Source: Coleofasciculus sp. B1-GNL1-01 (GTDB taxonomy: Bacteria; Cyanobacteriota; Cyanobacteriia; Cyanobacteriales; Coleofasciculaceae). From it: a stretch of DNA of 64,000 nucleotides. The position numbers were made by a program, and so were the translations under genes. Below, piece after piece: positions 43,046 through 53,136 of this stretch. The notes under the pieces were generated by a model. That model was not told the DNA's origin. It did not search any database and saw nothing but the letters and a program-made list of their open reading frames with translations. Within the stretch, counting starts at the first letter, position 1, and each line of letters starts with the position of its first letter. The stretch lies in assembly GCA_040220235.1 (NCBI GenBank), contig JAVJTO010000009.1. The stretch is one strand, 5' to 3'.

Positions 43046-44431
43046 TTGAGTCAATCACCATCCCCTTCCCCTAAACCCACCCGAAATCACCAAGACTACT
43101 ATATTCACCGCGCTCGTGCCAGTTTGCGGCACACTTTATTCTGGTACAACAACCTACATCACCGTCGCCCCCTTCCCGATGTGGAACTGCAAGCCGCCCT
43201 CCAGAATGAACTAGAGGTGTTGCAGTTTAGCTTAGACAAACTTGACCAAGGCGTAATTCGTATTGCCACCTTTGGTTTAGTCAGTCGCGGGAAATCGGCT
43301 GTCGTTAATGCGTTACTGGGTCAGAAAATCTTGCAAACGGGTCCCTTGCATGGAGTAACCCAGTGGCCCAAGTCGGTACGCTGGACGCCCGGTGGTGAGG
43401 GGAAAGTGCAAGTTGAGTTAATTGATACGCCGGGATTGGATGAAGTTCAGGGAGAAGCACGGGCGCAGATGGCGCAACAGGTGGCGTCTGAGGCGGATTT
43501 AATTTTATTTGTCGTGGCTGGGGATATTACCCGCACAGAGTATCAGGCGTTGTCGGAACTGCGACAAGCCCAAAAGCCTTTGATTCTGGTATTTAACAAA
43601 ATTGATTTGTATCCAGAACAAGATAGAGAGGCGATTTACCAGCAACTGCAAGAACTGGGTACAGGGTCTCCCCGCGATCGCCGTTTAAAAAAAATGTTAT
43701 CACCAGAGGAGATTGTTCGAGTCGCCGCAGAACCCTCTCCGATACAAGTGCGGGTAGAGTTACCTGATGGAACCGTCAATTATGAATGGGAAACCCTACC
43801 CCCTCAAGTGGATGAGTTAAAGCAAGCCATTTTAAGAATACTCAATCGCGAAGGGCGATCGCTCTTGGCACTTAATGCCCTGTTTCAAGCCCGAACTGCT
43901 CAAGTTAGCATTGCCCAGAAAACTGTGGCACAACGTAAGGCAGACGCCGAAGATTTAATCTGGCGCTTTGCTAAGTATAAAGCCCTGGCAGTGGCGCTGA
44001 ATCCGATTGGTCTGTTGGATATCTTAGGGGGAACTATAACAGACTTGGCACTGATTCGTTCCTTATCGCGACTCTACGGTTTACCGATGACGAGTTATGA
44101 AGCGGGAAAATTATGGCGCAAAATATTAATTAGTTCCGGGGGTTTACTGTTGGGTGAACTGGGAAGTAGTGCGCTGTTGGGAATGGGCAAAAGTGCCTCA
44201 GCCGTTGCCAGTATTGGCGGAGTAACGGCTTTTGCTGGAACCGCCGTGACTCAAGCCGGGATTGCCGGGTATGGGGCGTATACGGTTGGTCATGCGGCGC
44301 AAGTGTATCTGGAACAAGGCTGCACTTGGGGATCTTTAGGGGCGAGTACGGTGATTCAAGATATTCTCAGTCAAGTTGAACCGGATATGATTCTCTATCG
44401 CCTGCGACAGGAGTTGGGTCAACATTTATAA
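43046..44431 (+). CDS. GTP-binding protein with a DUF697/YcjF C-terminal domain
   Basis: GLVSRGKS, DTPG, NKID; hydrophobic Gly-rich C-terminus. Confidence 0.9.
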   Translation: MSQSPSPSPKPTRNHQDYYIHRARASLRHTLFWYNNLHHRRPLPDVELQAALQNELEVLQFSLDKLDQGVIRIATFGLVSRGKSAVVNALLGQKILQTGPLHGVTQWPKSVRWTPGGEGKVQVELIDTPGLDEVQGEARAQMAQQVASEADLILFVVAGDITRTEYQALSELRQAQKPLILVFNKIDLYPEQDREAIYQQLQELGTGSPRDRRLKKMLSPEEIVRVAAEPSPIQVRVELPDGTVNYEWETLPPQVDELKQAILRILNREGRSLLALNALFQARTAQVSIAQKTVAQRKADAEDLIWRFAKYKALAVALNPIGLLDILGGTITDLALIRSLSRLYGLPMTSYEAGKLWRKILISSGGLLLGELGSSALLGMGKSASAVASIGGVTAFAGTAVTQAGIAGYGAYTVGHAAQVYLEQGCTWGSLGASTVIQDILSQVEPDMILYRLRQELGQHL

Positions 44432-44922
44432 TTAGGGTCTGCTGCAGGGAGACTTGTGGTGGGGAGAGGTGTCATAGGGAATAGGCAATGGGCAATAGTT
44501 TCACCCCTCTGTCTTAGGAAGATTCTGCTTACACATGCTCGAAAAATGCCAGGTAGCGTCTTGTGTCATACTCGCTTTCATCGGAGAAGCAAGCTACGTC
44601 ATTTTCATTTGTTATTTGTAGGGGCGGGTTTAGCTGTTTCATTTGGCTATCTACCGATAACCTTTCAACAAAACCCGCCCTTCCTATTAAATTAAAATGG
44701 GAGACTTCACAGTGGTGGGAATTTCAGCAGACATGATATTGCTTTTTGAGAAGGCTTAGTCTACTGGTGTGGCATCCCTAAAATGATGGAATAGGTTGTA
44801 GGTGGAGTGTAGGTAGGAAACCCAACAAAATCTAGGGCTAAGGTTCCCTACTACGAACCTAATTCTTAACCATCAATTTAGGTGTGTCGCACTACTACGT
44901 TTCAAAAATTCAGCCGACAACA

Positions 44923-45144
44923 TTAGGGTGTGTTGGCTTCAGCGCGACTCTGCATGGTTTCTTGCAAGTGTTCACCTTTCTCGCGCTGCTGGGCTGCTGA
45001 TTCTCGCGTTTGCTGTTGAGTCGGGGTATCAGCAGAGGGAACTTCGACTTCTTCTTCTGCGCGGTTGAGCATGTTTTGTTTCAACTGCTCGTCGGCGAGA
45101 CGCTCTTGAGTGGCAAGTTTCCGTGCTTCGTCTTGGGTATTCAT
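44923..45144 (-). CDS. Small protein with two IF7 (GifA)-like repeats
   Basis: GGAG 9 nt before ATG 45144; two repeats of TQxxxR(x16)MxxRA offset by 39 aa. Confidence 0.75.
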   Translation of the reverse strand: MNTQDEARKLATQERLADEQLKQNMLNRAEEEVEVPSADTPTQQQTRESAAQQREKGEHLQETMQSRAEANTP

Positions 45145-45327
45145 AATTTTATTCTCCATAGTCTTTACACTGCAATGGTTATCGGCGTTTTTTGCTTGTT
45201 CAGATCAGGTCGGGGTATGATCCGAGAAAAGCATCCGAGCCTATCCTCTTTGGTATCAAGATTTTGGTGTCCAGATCGTCCCCCAAAAGGGAGAAATTAG
45301 GCTGATGATCTAAGGCTAAAGCCCTTA

Positions 45328-46728
45328 CTACAAACTACATTGTTCCAATTTATCCGCGATCGCTTCAGCATGACGCCACCAGTTGTAATAGCCTCCTACC
45401 CAGCGACGGGATGGTAGATGTCCGGCTGGAGCTTTAAGATTAAATTGATAGGCTGTATCCGGAACGTGAGGATTGTGAACCGACCAACCCACGCGATCGC
45501 AGAAACTGGGATAATCGGCTTCAACCTCTTGATAGAGGCGACTTTGCACTGTAAAGCCAAAATGTTTTTTACTGTATTTCATCCATAGCTGATCCAAAGT
45601 CCGCAAGTCTTCACAGGGTAATTCTTGAATATCACTCAACTTCAGATAATAACCGGGGAATTTGCCACAGGCTTGACCCAATATTATCCAGGTTTCTTCA
45701 TCTGCTTTTTGCCATTTATGGGTGGCTAAGAGTTGCTTTAACCGCTGATAGTCAATTCCCACTTCTGAGGCGAGACGATTTCGTTTAGTTTTGCGGGTTT
45801 TGGGTTGCCGAAAGTTGATAAAATGAGTGCCGACAGGAGGAGAGGTAGCAGGTGTCAAATCCGTGATCACTTCATCAGCCGATTGATAGCGTTGTTTGAG
45901 ACTAGAATGAGTTAACTGATCCAGGATTTTCCCTAGGCGATCGCTAATCTGGGTTTCAGGGGGTAAAAAATTTCGCCACACCCAGGTTTCGTTGAATGTA
46001 TCATACAGGTCAAAGGGGGAGACCTGAGTCATTAGATAAAGGCAGGTTACTCCCACACTATACAGATCACTTGCCCAAAATGCTTTACCTTTGAGTTGTT
46101 CGGGAGCCATATATTCCGGGCTACCAATAATTGTACCCGTTTGCAGCAAGGCGGTATCCGTCAGCAATTTGGCAACGCCAAAATCAATTAACACTAACTT
46201 CCCGTCATCTTGGCGGCGGATAATATTGGCAGGTTTGATATCTCGATGCAGTACACGATGGGAATGAATATAGCGAATCAAGGGTAATAGTTCACGCAAT
46301 AATTTCCAAATTTGCTCTTCGTTGTACTGTCCATGCTGGGTTAACTCCTCGCTCAAGGTTAGCCCCGGAATAAAGTCTTGAATTAAATAAAGTTGTTGAT
46401 TCTGTTCAAAATGTGCCAGAAGTGTTGGAATTTGCGAATGGTTACCCAATTCATTTAAACGGATGGCTTCTTGGTGAAACAGTTCTTTGGCTTTTGGTAA
46501 GGTTGCTGGCTCGGAGTTTTGCAGATAAAGTTGTTTGATCACACAATAGGGTTGACTGGGAATATCTTCGTCAACTGCCAAAAATGTTCTGCCGAATCCA
46601 CCGCTACCGAGGGGGCGTAGAGGGCGGTAGCGTTCTTTTAGCTGTAGCCTTTCCCCACAGGTTTGACAAAATTGAGCGGAATCGAGATTTTCCGGTGTCA
46701 GGCATCCCGGTTTAATACAATAAGTCAT
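45328..46728 (-). CDS. Ser/Thr protein kinase with 4-Cys prefix and C-terminal GUN4 domain
   Basis: GSGGFG, HRDIKPAN, DFG, APE; GUN4 motifs WQKADEET, PCEDLRTLDQLW, APAGHLP. Confidence 0.93.
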   Translation of the reverse strand: MTYCIKPGCLTPENLDSAQFCQTCGERLQLKERYRPLRPLGSGGFGRTFLAVDEDIPSQPYCVIKQLYLQNSEPATLPKAKELFHQEAIRLNELGNHSQIPTLLAHFEQNQQLYLIQDFIPGLTLSEELTQHGQYNEEQIWKLLRELLPLIRYIHSHRVLHRDIKPANIIRRQDDGKLVLIDFGVAKLLTDTALLQTGTIIGSPEYMAPEQLKGKAFWASDLYSVGVTCLYLMTQVSPFDLYDTFNETWVWRNFLPPETQISDRLGKILDQLTHSSLKQRYQSADEVITDLTPATSPPVGTHFINFRQPKTRKTKRNRLASEVGIDYQRLKQLLATHKWQKADEETWIILGQACGKFPGYYLKLSDIQELPCEDLRTLDQLWMKYSKKHFGFTVQSRLYQEVEADYPSFCDRVGWSVHNPHVPDTAYQFNLKAPAGHLPSRRWVGGYYNWWRHAEAIADKLEQCSL

Positions 46729-46850
46729 AAGTTATAAGCAAAATTCGCCCTAACTGTAGAGACGTAGCATGCTACGTCTCTACATCTCCTACTATGTTTC
46801 TACATCTCCTACTTCCCCGTTTCCTGTTTCCTGTTCTCTCGAAATCATTA

Positions 46851-47816
46851 TTAGGAGACAATCTGAATCCCATGGCTGGCAAACTTCGTCACCCAAAACC
46901 CTAAATTTGGATCAGGGATTTCTGACTGGACGTGTTGTAAAAGCGCTTGGGCTTGTTCCTGAGACTGACAAAGAGCGAATACGGTAGGACCCGAACCGGA
47001 CATCATTGTGCCTAATGCACCGCAATTTTCAAAGGCTTGCCGCAGTTGCAAGACTTGGGGATAGTTAGGGAGTACAACTTGCTCCAAATCGTTGTATAGC
47101 AGTTGACCAATTTTAGCGACATTTTTATTTAAAATAGCTTGAACCATAGAACCCGAATGCACACGAGTGGGGGGATTTATCGTTTCAGTTGTTGTAGATT
47201 TATTGACTCCCTCAGAACGCCCATAAGTATTGCTAAACTGAGTCCGATAGCTTTGATACGCCCAAGCTGTAGAAACGGCTAAGTTTTGATGTTTGGCTAA
47301 CACCAGATAGAACGAATCCAGATTGGGTAAGGGATCAAGTTCTTCGCCTCGCCCGGTTGCGATCGCGGTTCCCCCGGCTAGACAAAATGGCACGTCTGAA
47401 CCGAGTTTCGCGGCTAACTCTTGTAATTCTGGCTGCGTGAGTCCCAATTGCCAAAGCATATTCAATCCAACCAAAACGGCGGCGGCATTGGTTGACCCTC
47501 CTGCCAATCCAGCCGCGACAGGAATATTCTTTTTGATTGTGACTTCTACACCGCCAAGCTGCGCCCAGCAATCCGGAAACTGTTGACTCATCAAATCCAC
47601 CGCCCGGTAAGCCAGATTCGTTTTATCTAGGGGGACTTGCGGGTGATCGCAGTGAATTTGAATAGTTTGAGTCCCAATAGCCCGGACACTCACTTGATCA
47701 GCGAGTTCAATGCTTTGCAGGATCATTGCCAGTTCATGATACCCATCGGCGCGATCGCCTAGTATTTCTAGATACAGATTAATTTTGGCAGGGGCGATGA
47801 GGGAATAGGAACGCAT
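46851..47816 (-). CDS. ispE: 4-diphosphocytidyl-2-C-methyl-D-erythritol kinase
   Basis: [36 protein letters not shown]. Confidence 0.97.
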   Translation of the reverse strand: MRSYSLIAPAKINLYLEILGDRADGYHELAMILQSIELADQVSVRAIGTQTIQIHCDHPQVPLDKTNLAYRAVDLMSQQFPDCWAQLGGVEVTIKKNIPVAAGLAGGSTNAAAVLVGLNMLWQLGLTQPELQELAAKLGSDVPFCLAGGTAIATGRGEELDPLPNLDSFYLVLAKHQNLAVSTAWAYQSYRTQFSNTYGRSEGVNKSTTTETINPPTRVHSGSMVQAILNKNVAKIGQLLYNDLEQVVLPNYPQVLQLRQAFENCGALGTMMSGSGPTVFALCQSQEQAQALLQHVQSEIPDPNLGFWVTKFASHGIQIVS

Positions 47817-47932
47817 GGGAATGATGAGTTATAAATTATGAATTATAAATTACATCGAATAGGTCACTCGTGCAGCTTGTAAACATAATCCATCAGTCAA
47901 TTCCCAGCTTCCAGACGTGCCATGGCACGTCT

Positions 47933-48784
47933 CTACATTGCTTCCCCAGCTTCCTCTGCTCCCCCTTTTGTCCCATTTAAGTGATTGGCGAGAGCAACCC
48001 ATTGGCTAACGCTCAAGTCTTCAGCACGGGCTTGGGGATGACTGTCTACTTGTTCGAGTAATTGGTTAATTTTATCGCGATCGCACAGGGATTTGAGGTT
48101 ATTTCGCAACATTTTCCGCTTACTGGCAAAACCCAGCTTGACTAAGGTTTCTAGCTGTTGGGGGTTATCGGCTGGAGGTTCTACAATGCGGGGACGCAAG
48201 CGAACAACGGCGGAGTCTACTTTGGGCGGTGGGGAAAAGGCTTTGGCTGGGACATCACAGATCCAGTCACAGTCTGCCAGATATTGTACCCGCACCGATA
48301 ATGCGCCAAATGCCTTAGAACCCGGTTTCGCAGATAATCGTTGTGCCACTTCTTTTTGCAGCAAGAGTACAATTAACTCAAAGGCAGGAATAACAGGTTG
48401 GGCAATGGTTCCCAACAGCGTTTGCAAAATCGGCCCAGTAATGTTATAGGGAATATTGGCAACGACTTTATTCGGATACTGGAACTTCTCAAAGGCGGCG
48501 AGATGTTCGTGCAAGTTCAGGGAGAGAATGTCACCTTGTAAGAGTAAAAAATTCTCGTTTTGACCGAAGCTTTTGACCAAACGTTGGCACAAATCCCGGT
48601 CAATCTCAACCGCCACCAATGACTCTACCTCCGCTAAGAGTCGCCGCGTCAGCACACCCGTTCCCGGACCAATCTCCAGCAGGCGATCGCTGGGCTGCAA
48701 GTTGGCTGCTTTCACGATTTGATTTAGAGCTTTTTCACTACGTAGCCAATGTTGAGCAAACTGTTTACGGGCTTTGGGTGTCAT
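47933..48784 (-). CDS. rsmA: 16S rRNA adenine dimethyltransferase
   Basis: KQFAQHWL, LEIGPGTG, VANIPYNIT, FSPPPKVDS. Confidence 0.97.
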   Translation of the reverse strand: MTPKARKQFAQHWLRSEKALNQIVKAANLQPSDRLLEIGPGTGVLTRRLLAEVESLVAVEIDRDLCQRLVKSFGQNENFLLLQGDILSLNLHEHLAAFEKFQYPNKVVANIPYNITGPILQTLLGTIAQPVIPAFELIVLLLQKEVAQRLSAKPGSKAFGALSVRVQYLADCDWICDVPAKAFSPPPKVDSAVVRLRPRIVEPPADNPQQLETLVKLGFASKRKMLRNNLKSLCDRDKINQLLEQVDSHPQARAEDLSVSQWVALANHLNGTKGGAEEAGEAM

Positions 48785-48836
48785 TAGCTTATTGATTATA
48801 AATAAGGGCGGGTTTTGTTGTTCAGTTGTTGGTAAC

Positions 48837-49007
48837 TAAGTAGTCGGACAAAATAAAACGGTACTGTATCAAGTTTTGTAAATCACTCTCAAACCCTTAC
48901 TGTTCCCTGTTACACACCGAGCGTGTTGCCGAAGTCTGAGCGCTCACGCCGAAGTCTGAGGTGTTCCCTAATCTCAACCGTTAACTTTAATTGCGTCCAC
49001 CCACTTA
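48837..49007. mobile_element. MITE family C (TAAGTAGTCGGAC...GTCCACCCACTTA) nested in a REP pair
   Basis: Imperfect TIRs. Related ends near 22893, 38990, 52187 and 62474-62608. Confidence 0.75.
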
Positions 49008-49029
49008 GATTGAATCCCTAAACCCACCT

Positions 49030-49992
49030 CTACAAGATTAAAAAATCTTTCAGCCTCTGTTGGTTCTCCGCGATGTAATCTCGGGCAAACATAGTTAGAT
49101 TAGCAATATTTTCCGGACTAGCGTTGTCGATCTCAAAATTCATAATATCGGGTTGAAGACGGAGGTAGCGCTGAACGTCAGGATTATCTAAGTCCTGAGA
49201 ACTCAGGATCTGCCGAGTAATATAATCGTGAATATCAGAAGAGGCATCAAATAATACGTCAATCAGGCGTCCTTTCCATCCCCACTGTGCCAATCCCCAG
49301 CCGCGTGTCTCATTCCAGGGAAAGGGGCGGTCAGAATTTCCGGTGCCAATTGAGAGGATAGAAATGTCTTGAATTGAATAATTTAATCGTAGCGCTTCTG
49401 CCAGAGCCGCCGCCGCCGGATTGTTGGCACCAACGCCACCATCAATGACCGAATATTGTCGCCGTGGTGTTTGTAAAAGGTGAGCCGGGAAATAGGTGGG
49501 TGCAGAGGAGGAACAGACGCAGGCTTCCCATAAAGGAATCGTGAAAAAATCTTGGTCTTGACGCCAACTTTTAAAGACAATGGGTTTTCGCCCGATTGTA
49601 TCGTAGGCAATAATCATCAGTTGCAGAGAGTTCTCAATCTCTGATAATTTGGTTGAGCCAAACTCTTCTTGCAACACTTGAATTAAGCCATCGTCTGGGT
49701 AGAGCGGTGCGGAAAGACCGTATTGAAACACTAATCCCAACCGCCGGGGGGAAAAACGACCTTGATAAGGAAAAATTCTTGCTCCTTTGTCTTGATAGAG
49801 CCGGATAATCTCCTGGCTTTGGCGTCCAGTTGCGATAGCTGAGGCGAGGATTGAACCCGTAGACGTTCCGGCAATCAAATCGAAATATTGGCTCAAAGGT
49901 TGGTTGAGAACTCGCTCAACTTCTGCTAAGATAACGGCTGATATAATGCCGCGAATGCCTCCACCATCTAAGCTTAAAATTCGATAGGTCAC
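49030..49992 (-). CDS. Patatin-like phospholipase
   Basis: DGGGIRG, GTSTG, SAPTYF, DGGV motifs. Confidence 0.93.
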   Translation of the reverse strand: MTYRILSLDGGGIRGIISAVILAEVERVLNQPLSQYFDLIAGTSTGSILASAIATGRQSQEIIRLYQDKGARIFPYQGRFSPRRLGLVFQYGLSAPLYPDDGLIQVLQEEFGSTKLSEIENSLQLMIIAYDTIGRKPIVFKSWRQDQDFFTIPLWEACVCSSSAPTYFPAHLLQTPRRQYSVIDGGVGANNPAAAALAEALRLNYSIQDISILSIGTGNSDRPFPWNETRGWGLAQWGWKGRLIDVLFDASSDIHDYITRQILSSQDLDNPDVQRYLRLQPDIMNFEIDNASPENIANLTMFARDYIAENQQRLKDFLIL

Positions 49993-50284
49993 TTTTCAAT
50001 GTCTCCCCAACTCTCGTTTAAGTGTAACTTATATGACAGTTTCCAGAAAAGCGTTTAGGTAATCAATAAATAGGGAAAGAGGACAAAAATTGGAATAGGG
50101 AATTTTTTTGCGTCACATTTATAACTTATATAGCATGTCCCAATCAGGCATGAAATCCTAGGCTAGTTGCGAATGACACAAAAAACACTCGAACCACTTT
50201 CCTACTGTTTTCCGTTTCCTGTTCCCGGTTTCCTATTTAGGATTTAAGGGAACCCTTCTATCTCGATTAACCCTTTACTGGACG

Positions 50285-50812
50285 ATGCTTATGTCAGACC
50301 TGTATGTCACTTGGTCAGAATACCATAAAAAAATTGAACGCCTAGCCGTCAAGATTTATCAAGCCAACTGGGAGTTTAACCAAATTGTCTGCATTGCTAA
50401 AGGGGGACTGCGGGTGGGGGATATCCTCTGCCGAATTTATAGTAAACCCTTAGCGATTCTTTCCGCATCGTCTTATGGGGGTTCCAAAAACCGTGTTCGA
50501 GGTGACATCACCTTTTCTCACCATCTGACGATGACAACCGAAACCCTGGGGAGTCGCGTGCTGCTGGTGGATGATTTAGTGGATTCCGGCGTTAGCCTAC
50601 GGGAATCGATGAATTGGCTAGAGGAACGGTATGGGAATGAACTGGAAGAGATTCGCACGGCGGTTCTGTGGTACAAAGCTCACTCCCTGATTACCCCGGA
50701 TTATTACGTGGACTATTTACCCGACAATCCCTGGATTCATCAACCCTTTGAACCTTATGAACAGATCAGTCCAAATGAATTAGCCGCAAGCTATTTAGTC
50801 AAGGAAGCCTAA
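50285..50812 (+). CDS. Type I phosphoribosyltransferase (purine-salvage-like)
   Basis: PRPP loop VLLVDDLVDSGVSL; WIHQPFE. Confidence 0.9.
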   Translation: MLMSDLYVTWSEYHKKIERLAVKIYQANWEFNQIVCIAKGGLRVGDILCRIYSKPLAILSASSYGGSKNRVRGDITFSHHLTMTTETLGSRVLLVDDLVDSGVSLRESMNWLEERYGNELEEIRTAVLWYKAHSLITPDYYVDYLPDNPWIHQPFEPYEQISPNELAASYLVKEA

Positions 50813-50928
50813 GCATTTTTACTCATCAAGTCCCACGGATTGGGAAACCTTATGTCTAAAGAAAGAGGTTTACAGGAGAAAATTGTGGCTATGGTGAGGT
50901 AATTAGGACTTATCACTACACAACTATT

Positions 50929-51345
50929 ATGTCAGACCCACAAACAACGAACCCCATCGCCGAGGCAAAGGAAAACGTAGCTGAGGCAATTCCTACCCCA
51001 CCACCCCAACAGATGCCAGAGTCTAGCGCTCAAGCCGTTAAATCCCGCCTGCAATGGGGTGAACCCGCTTTGACGATTTTGGATGTTCGCGATCGCGCGG
51101 CTTTTAACCAAGGGCGGATCATGGGGGCGATTCCCATGCCAATCGATGAACTCAGCGATCGCGCCACCGCTAGTCTCGAACCGCAACGTGAGATCTATGT
51201 CTACGGTGACAATGATCAACAAAGCAATGAAGCTGCATCCCAACTGCGGGAAGCGGGTTTTGAGTCTGTATCGGTTCTCAAAGGCGGATTAACAGCTTGG
51301 AAAGCCGTTTCTGGTGCAACAGAGGGTCCGGCTGAGCAACTTTAA
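50929..51345 (+). CDS. Rhodanese-like domain protein lacking the catalytic Cys
   Basis: ILDVRD, RIMGAI, LKGGLTAW; active-site loop reads YVYGD. Confidence 0.88.
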   Translation: MSDPQTTNPIAEAKENVAEAIPTPPPQQMPESSAQAVKSRLQWGEPALTILDVRDRAAFNQGRIMGAIPMPIDELSDRATASLEPQREIYVYGDNDQQSNEAASQLREAGFESVSVLKGGLTAWKAVSGATEGPAEQL

Positions 51346-52172
51346 TTGGGTTTTGATATAACTTCAAACGTTATCGACATTGCCGCAAGTTGGCTAGTAT
51401 CAACCGGGCTAATTCCTTGAGTCGCTGAGACAGAATAGTCACGGCTTGGGGTTAAATCAGATAGCAATTGTTCAATTACCTCAATCGGGGCAGGAAGTAC
51501 CACAGGTTCACTGTCTAAATTTCGGCGCTTGGCGAGAGTTTGTAAAGCTTTTAAAGCATTTCGTACAGGTGTAACGCTAGCAATAATTAGAACCTCGGTT
51601 ACACCCAGAGGTTTTTGGGTTTGCAGGTGAAACGTATCTCGACTCGGGTTGGGAATCAATAGCGTTTCACCTGCTTTCACTTGTGCCGCATCCTCTATCA
51701 CCGCCCATTGATGGGGAAACAAGAGGGTGATTTCCCCGGTAGCATCAATGACTAAAACACTGACATAGACAGGGCGAGACTCATTGTTGACGATGTTTAG
51801 CTGAACTGGAGTGGCGAGGGGTAATTGAGTAAAACGGGTAGAGTTGATGCTTTGACGAGAAGGGGTGGTAGAGTTTAATCCGGTTCGACTTCGTTTGGGA
51901 AATACTTGAGCAATCAATTGATTATTGGCATCAACTTGACTCAATGTCGCCGTTATATTTAATTCAGCCGTATCCGCGTTCAGAAGCATTTTCACCAGCC
52001 GCGCGGCTAGAAGAGATTTACAGCGCTTTTCACGTTTATGGAATACAAAATTGCATCGGCTTGCTTTTCAGCGCAATCATTGTCTGTAGTCTACCAACTT
52101 GAAAACTGCTGTAAACTTAGTTTTTAAGCGATTCACCCCATCTAATACCGCTTCTCCGGCTGCACCAAAACC
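51342..52172 (-). pseudogene. 3' remnant of a caspase-family/DUF4384 gene, 5'-truncated, frameshifted and MITE-interrupted
   Basis: Removing 52021-52111 and one TA restores NRLKTKFKSLLAARLVKMLLN. DUF4384-like YVSVLVIDATGEITLLFP is present. One more frameshift near 52140. Confidence 0.7.
52021..52111. mobile_element. MITE family D (CAGCGCTTTTCA...TGAAAACTGCTG) flanked by TA
   Basis: TIRs and TA duplication; relative at 54574-54665. Confidence 0.82.
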
Positions 52173-52231
52173 TAAACAAAATGTATGTCCACCTACTTAT
52201 ACAATTTAAATTTGTCTTAGCGGTATCACAC

Positions 52232-52948
52232 TTACAGTTGTTCTGGGTCAATTCCTCTAGCTCGTAGTTTCTCCATCAACGCTTGATAGCGTTGTTGTTC
52301 TTGTCCCAGTTCAGCCATTGCGTCCTCGGCGCGTTGACGTTCTTCTTCTGCCCGTTGACGTTCCTGTTCTCTTAGATGATCGAGTTCAACTGGGGTCAGA
52401 AATCGCTGTCCATCGGGGCGATAAATGACCAGGGTATCAGGGGTGAGTTCAAACCGGATTCCTAATCGTGGACTGACCCATCCATTCATATCTTCAATGG
52501 GGTCTAACCATTCTCCAGACCGCAATAAGCCAGTTAATTCGATGTCATCTGGATCATAAATGTAATATTCCTCAACACCGTAACGTTGATAGAATAAGAG
52601 TTTTTCTGCCATCTTTTTGGCACGGTTTCCTGGCGATAGAATCTCAAAGACAACTTGGGGGACAATATTATCTTCTCGCCATTGCTGATAGGAACCTCTG
52701 TCACCTTTCGGTCTACCGAAGACAACCATCACGTCAGGGGCTTGGCACGTTTTCGGTTTTCCCTGAATGGGATACCAAAGTAAATCGCCAGCTACGAATA
52801 CATCAGCATTAGCAGCAAATAATATCTCTATATTTTCCTTAACGGTAACAATCCAGCGAAATTGTTTTGTGTTGTCTGCCATCGGTTGACCATCGCTGTC
52901 GGGGTAGATAATATCGGTGGCTGAGTCAGTTTGCAATTGTTGGATCAT
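52232..52948 (-). CDS. Uma2-family (DUF820) putative endonuclease
   Basis: YPDSDGQPMADNT, APDVMVVFG, VFEILSPGN, YGVEEYYIYDP; coiled-coil tail. Confidence 0.93.
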   Translation of the reverse strand: MIQQLQTDSATDIIYPDSDGQPMADNTKQFRWIVTVKENIEILFAANADVFVAGDLLWYPIQGKPKTCQAPDVMVVFGRPKGDRGSYQQWREDNIVPQVVFEILSPGNRAKKMAEKLLFYQRYGVEEYYIYDPDDIELTGLLRSGEWLDPIEDMNGWVSPRLGIRFELTPDTLVIYRPDGQRFLTPVELDHLREQERQRAEEERQRAEDAMAELGQEQQRYQALMEKLRARGIDPEQL

Positions 52949-53136
52949 ATCACTGAGTACATTGAGTTAGGCTAATTGAGGAAGGAAAAATCGTGTTAAT
53001 TCATTTATTTTTATGCCATAACGTAGGGGCGCACTGACGTGCGCCCTACTGACATGCGCCAAAAAACTATGCCCAAAGGCTTGCGCTCAGAAATGTCGCC
53101 AATTCTATGGCACTATTTATTGTAGCTTTACCCAGA

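Noticed and set aside
45145..45327. Glutamine riboswitch or NtcA box upstream of the IF7-like gene
   Set aside because: Neither the CGTT..GACGGAAGTAG..GAAGGAACG pattern nor GTA-N8-TAC was found.
49030..49992. Patatin as a CBASS CapV effector
   Set aside because: No CD-NTase or cap genes nearby; the neighbours are housekeeping genes.
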